In this document: piece after piece, positions 37,753 through 47,016 of the stretch | Numbering within the stretch: the stretch's first letter is position 1 | How the letters are laid out: the number at the start of each line of letters is the position of its first letter | From: Lama guanicoe | Lineage: Eukaryota | Direction: 5' to 3' | DNA length: 47,016 nt | Assembly (NCBI GenBank): GCA_013239625.1 | Contig: MU054085.1 | Coordinates: forward strand, 62,001-109,016 | Notes under the pieces: generated by a model | What the model was told of the DNA's origin: nothing | The model's database searches: none | Seen by the model: only the letters and a program-made list of their open reading frames with translations | Translations under genes and position numbers: made by a program

Positions 37753-38479
37753 AAAGGAATGCACTTAAGTGTCAGAGTCTCAGATCCCACAAGGCTGGTC
37801 AGCTGATCTTGTGGCAAGAATGAACTCACTATAGGATTGAAAGAAATGCGGCTCACTTCAGAAGTGTGAGCATCAACTGAATGGCTTGGTTTGGAAGTAT
37901 CATTTGAATGCGTACCCAGGCTCATAAGCTTCTGATCATCAAGCACCTGACCCAAAAAGAGACATGGAGCAGATGCCAGAAAATTTCTCCTACTACTGCT
38001 GTAATGCCCTGTAAAGATGGTCTTCATGTGCACAAGTTTTTCTTCCTTTGGAACGGCAGTGATATCCCATAGGCAGATGGTGTAGTCATTTTTTTTTCTT
38101 GATTTCTTGAAATTTTCATGTCATTTAAAAAAAGATCAGTTAAAGTCTAGCCCAAGGAAGGAGTCATTCCTGAGTTCTGCCAATGTTCTTAAAAACCCTA
38201 GGACAATATAAACAACTAATATTATCTCAAAGAATGTTATCTACTTTCATAAGGTGTACAAGTTGTCACAGTTTCTACTATTTGTGTGCGTGTCTTCAAT
38301 TATAATACTGAATCTATAGGTCTAAGTTTACAACAAGCAATATTTACATTTTTAATATTAGTTCCAATGAATTTATAAGTAGCAGGCATTTCTAATTTGT
38401 CAATCACAAATTTATTGGGTAGCCAGCACTCTCATGCCCTCCTCCTTTGTAATTGACACAGCAAAAAAAAAAAAACAAA

Positions 38480-38790
38480 TGTGGGGTGAGAGGTGAGCCA
38501 TGTCCCAGGTCTTGGTTGAGCCCCTGGGACATGCCCCCACCAAGTGTGGGTACTTGGCTTCATGCAGGAAAGAATTCAGGAGCAAGTCACAGTTGAGTAA
38601 AGGTAGATTTATTTAGAGAGATACATACTACACGGAGTGTAGGCTGTTTCAGAAGGTGAGAGAAAGGCCACAAGGTGTAGGGGTTGAGTGCTCAGGTTAA
38701 AGTAAAAGTAGATACACACTCCATAGACAGAGTGCCAGCCATCTCCAAAGACAAGGGAGCAAGAGGCAGATGGCATAGTCATTTGAAGCA
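38480..38790 (-). mobile_element. ERV1-type LTR fragment
   Basis: ttggcttcatgcaggaaagaattcaggagcaagtcacag...aggtagatttatttagagaga resembles the antisense R/U5 of MER4-group-like LTRs. Confidence 0.55.
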
Positions 38791-38797
38791 CTAATCA

Positions 38798-38932
<135 letters not shown>

Positions 38933-38933
38933 A

Positions 38934-39341
38934 NNNNNNNNNNNNNNNNNNNNNNNNNNNNNNNNNNNNNNNNNNNNNNNNNNNNNNNNNNNNNNNNNNN
39001 NNNNNNNNNNNNNNNNNNNNNNNNNNNNNNNNNNNNNNNNNNNNNNNNNNNNNNNNNNNNNNNNNNNNNNNNNNNNNNNNNNNNNNNNNNNNNNNNNNNN
39101 NNNNNNNNNNNNNNNNNNNNNNNNNNNNNNNNNNNNNNNNNNNNNNNNNNNNNNNNNNNNNNNNNNNNNNNNNNNNNNNNNNNNNNNNNNNNNNNNNNNN
39201 NNNNNNNNNNNNNNNNNNNNNNNNNNNNNNNNNNNNNNNNNNNNNNNNNNNNNNNNNNNNNNNNNNNNNNNNNNNNNNNNNNNNNNNNNNNNNNNNNNNN
39301 NNNNNNNNNNNNNNNNNNNNNNNNNNNNNNNNNNNNNNNNN
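38934..39341. other. Assembly gap (408 N)
   Basis: Run of N. Confidence 1.
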
Positions 39342-39384
39342 TTAGAGCAAGAGACTGGAAATGCAAGTAAAAGCTGATGTTACA

Positions 39385-39538
39385 CTCTTGAGGCAGGGTT
39401 CCTTCCTCTCCAGGAAAACTTCAAGTGATAGAATAAAGCTCATTCATATTATGGGGTAGGGTGGGGATAATCTGCTTTAGTTCTACAAAATACCTTGTAG
39501 CAACATCTAAACTAGTGGTTTACTAGTGAACCATCACA
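39385..39538 (-). mobile_element. MLT2-like (ERVL) LTR fragment
   Basis: taatctgcttta...aaaataccttgtagcaacatctaaactagtg...aaccatcaca. Confidence 0.65.
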
Positions 39539-39949
39539 GGCACAGTTTGATTGGGGAGAGATGGGCAAGCTGGGATATGACTGTAGGACAGAATGGGCAG
39601 GACCCGTAGATGGGGGTGGGTGTAGAGGGTGACGGATACCCCCAGGCAAGCCTCTGACTCGGTCCTGCTGTCTCCTTCCCTTGACAAGGGCTCTCAGGCC
39701 CCCACATTCATTGTGTTTAGAAAGGAACTGGGGCTTAGGGGAGAGGGCATCGTGGTTAAAATGGTATTCCAACATGGTGATAATCCTGGTTAAACGTGGA
39801 CCCAGGTTGAATACGGTGTCAGGAGTGCCTTTTGTTTAGTGACTAAACAGCCACTGTTACAGTATTACTGAGGCTAGAGAGACACATACTACTCACTGGT
39901 CTCAAGAAAACAAATAAATAGTAGTGACAACAGCCGCCACCACCACAAC

Positions 39950-40095
39950 ACTAGCTAACACTGATGCAGCGTTTGGTATATGCTGGGCACTGTCCTCACC
40001 GCTTGACATATATTGCTTCCTTCATGTCCACCAACAGTCATCTCTGGGTTACGGGTGATAAACTCAGGCACCAAGACTGCAAAGTACTTAAGTAC
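39950..40095 (-). mobile_element. MIR relic
   Basis: agctaacact...gcgtttggtatatgctgggcactgtcct...ttacgggtgataaactcaggcac. Confidence 0.55.
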
Positions 40096-40257
40096 CACGG
40101 CACTCGGCACAACTCTGGGGCTTCATTCACGGAGACGATTGTGTAAATAGCACCCCTTGGAGTTGGGCGATGAAGTTCACAACAGAGCTTAAGAAACTGA
40201 TCCAAGACTTCCGTGTTGTGGAGATTAGCATTGCCTTGGGTGAAGAATGACAGAACT

Positions 40258-40672
40258 AGCCTTTTGCAGCAACACGGATAGACCTAGAGATGATCATACT
40301 AAGTGAAATAAGTCAGACGGAGAAAGACAAGTATCATATGATATCATTTATATGTGGAATCCCCCCAAAATGATACAAACAACTTATTTACAAAACAGAA
40401 AGGGGACTCAGACATAGAAAACAAACTTACGGTTACCAAAGGGGAAAGTTGGGGAGGGATAAATTTGGAGTTTGAGATTAGCAGATATTAACTACTATAT
40501 ATAAAATACATGAACAGCCAGGTCCTAATGTATAGCACAGGGGACTACATTCAGTATCTATGAAAAAGAATATATTATATATATATATATATATATATAA
40601 AAACTGAATCACCATGCTGTACACCAGAAACTAACACAGCACTGTAAACCAACTATACATCAATAAAGAAAA
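40258..40672 (+). mobile_element. 5'-truncated artiodactyl-type L1 3' end with an internal (TA)n
   Basis: ORF2 end (gcagcaacacggatagacctagagatgatcatactaagtgaa...tgtggaatc), 3'UTR and caataaa. Confidence 0.85.
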
Positions 40673-40799
40673 CTATATAGAAGGAAGGCCACATGTTTTA
40701 CATATATATATATATTTAAAATAAATATATAAAAATATTTATATATATACACACATATAAAATTATTATATATTTGTTATAGAGAGTTTTTAAAAATAA

Positions 40800-41763
40800 G
40801 AGTTTTATTTTACAATCTTTTTAGATTTAAAGTGAAAAGTTGCAAAAATAATACAGAGAGTGCCTGTATACTTCATGGACAATTTCCCCTACTATTAATA
40901 TCTTATTAGTATGGTACATTTGTCCCAATTAATGAACCAATGTTAATACATTATTATTAACCAAAGTACAAGACTTTGCTTGTTTACGATGCCCTCAAAA
41001 GCTTTGAGTGTGTCCTGGTCAGGTATTGTGTAGAGTGTCCCTTAGCTGGGATTTGTCTGATGTTTTTTTCTTATGATTAGTCGGGGGAGATGGGTTTTGG
41101 GGAGGAAAATCGCAGAAGTAAAGTGTCATTCTCATCACACTCTATCAAGGGTACCTGCCATCAATATGACTTAGCACTGTTGGTGTTGACTTAGATCACT
41201 TGACTAGGGTGGAGTTGGTCAGGTTTATCTACTATGAAGTTACTCTTCTCCCATCCCAGCCCTTTATATACTGTATTTTTTGGAAGAAAGTCACTATGCC
41301 CAGACCATGCTTAACAAGTAGAGGGTTATGCTCCCTTCCTTGAAAATGAAGTATCTGCATAAATTATTTAGGATTCTTCTGCATGGAATGATATGAGACA
41401 CATTAGTGTATTTGTCTAATCTCTTTCACTTACTTTTTTATTCAGTCCTCTGTGTCAATATGGATTCACATATATTTAGTATATATTTTGGGTTATTGTC
41501 CAATACTATTTTTTTTTGCCTTAATTGCTCCAGCTTTGGCTATTGGGAGCTCTTACAATTGCCTCCAGTCTCTCTTGACATACCTCCAACATTGTGTATG
41601 TGTGTGTGTGTTTGTATGTGTGTTCTGAGCACTTTCTTCCTTTCCGGAAATACAAGATGCTCCAAGCTCATCTTTGTATACTCATTGGCCCCGGTCCTCA
41701 AATCAGCCATTTCCCCAGGCAGCTCTGGTTCCTGCTGTTGGAGAATGGTATTAGAAACCACGA
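40800..41763 (-). mobile_element. L1MC/MD-type 3' end relic
   Basis: aaagttgcaaaaataatacagagag...atggtacatttgtcccaattaatgaacc...ggagaatggtattagaaacca. Confidence 0.7.
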
Positions 41764-41764
41764 C

Positions 41765-41950
41765 TTAATCCTCACAACCACCAGAGGAGACAGAGGCTGC
41801 TTCCACTTTATCTCCAGTTTGCAGGTGAGAAAGCTGAGACACAGAAAGCTAAATACTTAGGCATGGCTGTGCACTTGCTGAGTGGAGTGGAGGTCCAGGT
41901 GAGGTCCCAGGTCTCTTGATTCCATAGGGATCACAATTTTTCCCTCCACT
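41765..41950 (-). mobile_element. MIR relic
   Basis: ttaatcctcacaacc...tatctccagttttgcaggtgagaaagctgagacacagaaag...cccaggtctcttgattcc. Confidence 0.75.
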
Positions 41951-41954
41951 ACAG

Positions 41955-42660
41955 GCACCAGCAAACTACTACTCCCAGGTAAAATCGCTCACCGCCTGTT
42001 TTCAAATGGTTCGTGACTTAGGATTGATTTTTCCATTTTTAAATGGTTGAAGAAATCAAAAGAAGAACATTATTTCATGGCATGTAAAGATTATATGAAA
42101 GTCAAGATGGAGCACAAGGGATTTTTAGGACAATGAAATTATTCTGTATGATACTACAGTGGTGGCTACGTTTCATTCTGCATTTGTCAAATCCCACAGA
42201 ATGTACAACATCAAGAGTGAACCCTAATGTAATGCACTGACAAAAAAAATGCCATGTGATTCAGGTTTCTCTTTTTTATTTATTAATTTTTTTCCAGATT
42301 TCTCTTTTAGAATGAGAAATAAAATGATTTCATTCACTTTATTCACTCATAACAAGCAATATTTTCAGGCAAGAAGGCGGCTTCAGACTGTAGCCTAGGT
42401 TAGGCTGCCCTCTGCCATACAGAGGCCAGGCCAGTTTGGGGTGTGTGTGCATGAGGGTTAGCCTTCTTGCATGAGAATAAAATGTTTTAGCACTGATAGA
42501 GCCGGGAAGAATCTACATTTTCTTGGAACACAGCCATACCCATTCATTTAAGTATTGTCAGTAGCTGCTTTCCATGCTTCAGTGGCTGGGGACAATAGTT
42601 GTGACAGAGACCATAGGGCCTGCAAAACTGAAAATATTTACTACTTGGCCTGTTAAAATG
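41955..42660. mobile_element. MER58B-like hAT element split by other sequence, including an L1MC-like piece (~42108-42232)
   Basis: cagcaaactac...tttttaaatggttgaagaaatcaaaagaagaa and ttggaacacagccatacccattcattta...gtgacagagaccatagggcctgcaaaactgaaaatatttact. Confidence 0.7.
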
Positions 42661-44252
42661 TGCCCACTTCTGTTCCATTGTACTGCAAAGAGAAGAGGCT
42701 GAGTTACAACTCCTACAGAGGAAAGTAGTGCAGACCAACACCACACCTACACTGGTCTTATTAATGCCATGGTGATGCTCTCCCTTCTGGCACCAACCCA
42801 ACTGCTACCCTTCTTCAAGTCCCAGCTCTGGCTGCTGGGAGCTTCTCTGGACCTGTCTGGTCTCCATAATCCCTCCTGTTCCTCTGATCTCCCAGACCTC
42901 TTAACATCTACTTAGATTTTGATTACTTGATGCCTTGTACGGTTCTGCATTTCACACACATTAGTGTTGTATTCCAAGTTAGCTGCAAGTTCTTCGAAAG
43001 CAAGGACCATGGGTATTTTTCTTTTCCTTATGTTATCAACCACAGATTAAGTTTTCTACTAACTCAGCTCTAATTGATACTAAATGACCTCCCTGTTTAG
43101 GCTTCCAACTGACTATCAGATTAAGCATAAACTCTTTAACATGACACTTAAAGCTCTTGTACTATCATCTTCAACCCCCATTCTTACTAGTTAACTGGTG
43201 CCCAGATTAGTGCTTAGAACATAGTAGCTGCTCAGGAAATGGACTTTTCTGCCCTCCCTTACTTTGCTTTCTCTTATACTCTTACGACATTGGAAAACAA
43301 CTGGCAACAGTTCTGGATTTGACAATGATGAGGTTAATCATAAGCAATTTCAGTGTCAGGATGGGGACAAAATTGAGTCAAGGATGCAGGGCAGGATTAG
43401 AGATCTGAGGCCACAGGAAGGTAGCTGATAACATCAGTAAAAAAATGCTGAAAGATTGCCTAGTAGCGTGAATTAATGTGGCCACGATTAGCCTGGCTTC
43501 CTGGCTTTTGCTAGCATTCCTGAGAGATCTGGGTGTAAGAGGGGAGAAAATATAAAGAGAAGATATAAGGTGAGACAGCTGAGGTTGGGGATGGGTGATG
43601 GAAACCATAGAAAACCCTGGGAACAAGCCCTGGGTAAACACACGCATTGAGATACCCTTGATTTAACACCAACTGTAGTCCAGAAGATTACCACGTGTTA
43701 TCCTGTTTAACCACCTCTGGTAAAATTGGGTTTCATCACCTCAACTTTGCAATTTAATTTGAGGTTCAAAGATGTTCACTGAGTGATGTGGTTTGAGTTA
43801 GGATTTTAATCCTGATCTTTATTTCTTATACCACTCTATCATTGTGCCTTCATACTATAGAAATGGTGTCCCATTTGATGTCCCAAGTGGCCCCAGGGTA
43901 CCACAGAGAAAAGGATAAATGTAGAATTGAAGGGTTAAGTAGATTTTGTAGTGCCCTCATTTCTATCAAATCACATATCCTTCCTCATTGTGATCCTTAC
44001 GTGGTATACGTGTAACCCCTCTTGGTCCACCCAGTCACATGAGTGGTGCTGGTTCTCTGCTGAATCCGTGGCAAGCAGAGTCCTGAGGATACCAGCGTCC
44101 ACATGGGGGGAACATGGGCTGATGGACGGCACAGGCCACTCCTGCATTTCCCTTCTCTCCAGTACAAGAAAATCAGGAGTGGGAAGGGGACCAGCAAAGG
44201 ACTGACCTCAAGACTCCTTTGTTCTTCACCGTGACTCTCCAAGAAAGACCTC

Positions 44253-44738
44253 TGTTAGGGACTGAATGTTTGCGTTCCCCAAATTGACCTGCTGAAATTC
44301 TAACCCCCTAAATGGGATGGTATCAGGAGGTGGGGGCCTTTGGGAGGTAATTAGGTCATGAGAACGGAGCCTTCATGATGACAGTAATGCTCTTATAAGA
44401 GCAGAGAAATGGGGGAAGGGTGTAGCCCAAGTGGCAGAGCGCATGCTTAGCATACACAAGGTCAAGGGTTCAATCCCCAGTACCTCCTCTAAAAATAAAT
44501 AAATAAACCTAACTACCCCTCCACACACAATAAAGACTAGAGAAATGATATCTCTGTCTCCACCACTGAGGATACAGCAAGAAGACGTCCTTCTGCAAAC
44601 CAGGAAGAGGGTTCTCACCAGGAATAGGATGGACCAGCATCTTGGACTTGCCAGCCTTCAGAACTGTGAGAAACAAATGTCCGTTGTGTTAGCCAGCCAG
44701 CCTATGGCACTTTGTTATAGCTGCCCAAAGTAAGGCAA
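44253..44738 (+). mobile_element. MLT1A-like MaLR solo LTR, interrupted by a SINE
   Basis: tgttagggactgaatgtttgcgttcccc...ggggcctttgggaggtaattaggtcatgag...ccagccttcagaactgtgagaaac...tttgttatagctgccc...ca. Confidence 0.85.
44411..44531 (+). mobile_element. tRNA-Ala-derived SINE (Vic-1 type) nested in the MLT1A LTR
   Basis: gggtgtagcccaagtggcagagcgcatgcttagcatacacaaggtcaagggttcaatccccagtacc. TSD core agagaaat (44403-44410 / 44539-44546). Confidence 0.9.
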
Positions 44739-44949
44739 CCCTAGTGTACGCTGGGCTCTCTCAGTACAGTCCTCTAGTGAAAACCTGTTTTGGTGCCAAC
44801 TCGATGATAGCAACAAGTATTTTTGAAGCTAAGAATACAGTTTCCTGGGTCTAGAAGCAGAAAGACCAAAGGTTTTCCCATCATATTGAAACCCATTTGT
44901 TGTCTTCCTTCTTCACGGAAGCTATTCGCAAACAGAATGTTAAAGAAAA

Positions 44950-45070
44950 AAAATCACCAGGGGCCTATTTTTAAAATACTGATGCCTGAATCCTACTCTG
45001 TAGAGATTCTGAGGTTAGGTCTGGAAACATGAATTTTAACCAGTGCCTCAGTGATTCTGAGGCAGGTGGA
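44950..45070. mobile_element. MER5-like fragment
   Basis: aatcaccagggg...ttttaaaatactgatgcctg...agagattctga...gtgattctgaggcag. Confidence 0.55.
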
Positions 45071-47016
45071 TCCTCCTATATATTTAAAAAAGAAAAAAAA
45101 AAACAACAGTGCTCTGAGAGGGAATCCAAATTCGCCAGCTTTAAACCATTGCAGTCCTTAATGGCATTTAGGGCACACACCCAAGTCCCTTCCTAGAGAC
45201 AGATTCACTAGTGAACTTTGCTGTGGTTTGAAAGAAAGCGGGTGTCTGTGGTGTTCACAGGTGCCAAGGGGGTGGCGGGCCAGGCAACGAGAGACCCTCT
45301 CAGGGCATTTTCCTTAGGGAGTTTTCTCCAGCTCAGGGGCTGGCCTCAGTCTTTGAGCCCCAGAACCCCCATCTGTCAGCACGCACAGCCTCACAGGCAC
45401 AGCCGCGCTGACCACACTGTCAGGAATCTGATTTGTGAACCATTTTAATGGAGAAATATGACCGCTGAGTAAACTGGATGTTGGTGCCTGCCAGACCAAG
45501 AGACTGCAGATCATGTAACCAGATTCAGCACCAGGGGGGCTGGCTGGCTGACTACGGGGCCTCCCGGACTCTGAGAGACTAAACGGCAGGGGCACCCCCG
45601 TCCACAGTGAGGATCTGCTTGCCAGGGGGATGGACACCTCTCCTTCTGAGGGGACACTTGTCCTCACACAGTGCCTGGCACACAGTTAGTGTCCTGAAGA
45701 TGGCTTAGCAGGGTGAGGCCAGCTTCAGGACTCTTTTGTTCAAATCCTCAAGATCTATGGTTCTCAGATTTCTGCATTTCATAGAAAAAATTAAACAAAA
45801 TTTGGGGACTGCTGTAGTCTCTTACTGTGCCAAGAAAGGACATTAAAAATGAACTGGAGCTAAATTAAACTACTGACAATTGTCACCATCACTGCATTTG
45901 GGAAACTACATTTTAATAACAGAAAAGAAGGGTGGACTTAATTTCAGCATAAAAAGCAGACCTTTAATTGAAAAAAAACTCACTAAGCACAAGTACACAG
46001 ACTGGGTGTTTGGAAACACCTGAGCATCTGGGTAATCTTTTTTTTTTTTTTTTACTTTGCCTGTAGCCACCCTCCAGATGATCTATAATCACATTGATTT
46101 CTTTTCCACTTACAATCACAGTCCAGCCCCACCTCTGAGATCACCCTGATTGGAGTTTTAGGTGTTCCCAAACTGGGCAGTGTCACTTTCACAGACAAGC
46201 TCCTGATACAAAGGCAGCTTTGACATTCTCTGTGTGGGAAGCCCCCAGTGAAAGTCTCAGAAGGTGACTTTATTTCCAAGAGGAGGAAACTGAGGAGCAG
46301 GTTGATGACTGGCTGATACTGGTCACCAGGGCTTGGAGCCTGCATCTTCCCTTCTGACAGAGGGGGTGTGACAAGGGGGCCACAAGTGATGTTGGCTGAT
46401 AAGGCAGTAATTGGTTTGAGCCCGGTTACTAAATTGGACCAAGGCAGAAAAGATAAAGAAACAAGAGAGAATAAAGGGCATGGTTGTTGCTCACGGGTGA
46501 GGGTGCACCTTGGAGTCTTTCCTCCGTGGAGTCGGGTGGGCGCCCACTGGGGCTGGTCTGGGAGGAGGGAGCATTCAACCTGTGCAGATGGCAGGCTGAC
46601 ACGAGGCTCCGCTGTCTGGAGACCAGTCACTGAGGACGATAGGGGGATGGAGAAGGGACTTCTCTGCCACTTCCTTTTAATGGAATTCTGGGCAGATTCC
46701 TTTCCCACAGCCTCACATAGGAATGGCGGCCTCTCACCAAGAGACATATGGCCAAATAAAGAAGGCTCCCCAGACCCACCTGCAGGACCATTTCTGCTGT
46801 GCAGGGTGCAGTGCGTACAGAACACATACTCCTCAGCTCATCTTCGAGGCCCTTTCCTACCCAAGGGCTTTGAAATAAGGGACACCTGCACCATCCCTCC
46901 AATTCTGGGTTTTGTCCAAACCAAAAACATGCCTTGGAATTATATAGCACGCATAGTGTCTGAGATAAACCACATATATTAGAATTTATACTATTAATTA
47001 GTGTCTTTAAAAAAAA

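Noticed and set aside
46052..46982. Overlapping 257-aa (-) and 204-aa (+) ORFs
   Set aside because: No recognisable domain or TACR1 exon 2 peptide, and the composition is typical of chance ORFs in locally GC-richer intronic DNA.

Overview
Mammalian genomic DNA, most likely a camelid, because it carries four tRNA-Ala-derived Vic-1-type SINEs. The window holds the 3' half of TACR1 (neurokinin-1/substance P receptor) on the minus strand: coding exon 3 (21406-21256), exon 4 (12895-12699) and exon 5 (11129-10838), plus a probable ~2.9 kb 3'UTR. Positions 21.4-47 kb are intron 2; exons 1-2 lie outside the window. The rest is mostly repeats: a full-length but dead L1 in intron 3, an internally deleted L1 in the opposite orientation beyond exon 3, SINEs, MIRs, MER5/MER58, LTR16C/MLT LTRs and L2/L3 relics. 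Intron 2 contains a 5'-truncated RBBP4 processed pseudogene that was later hit by two L1 3' fragments and a SINE. There is a 408-N assembly gap and a suspicious ~400 bp near-identical tandem duplication. I found no convincing novel biological system. The best leads are the nested RBBP4 retrocopy, the inverted L1 pair bracketing exon 3, the conserved intron-4 stop for truncated NK1R, and receptor residues relevant to antagonist pharmacology. Repeat family names and reference-protein comparisons are from recall, not database searches, and boundaries of old repeats are approximate.
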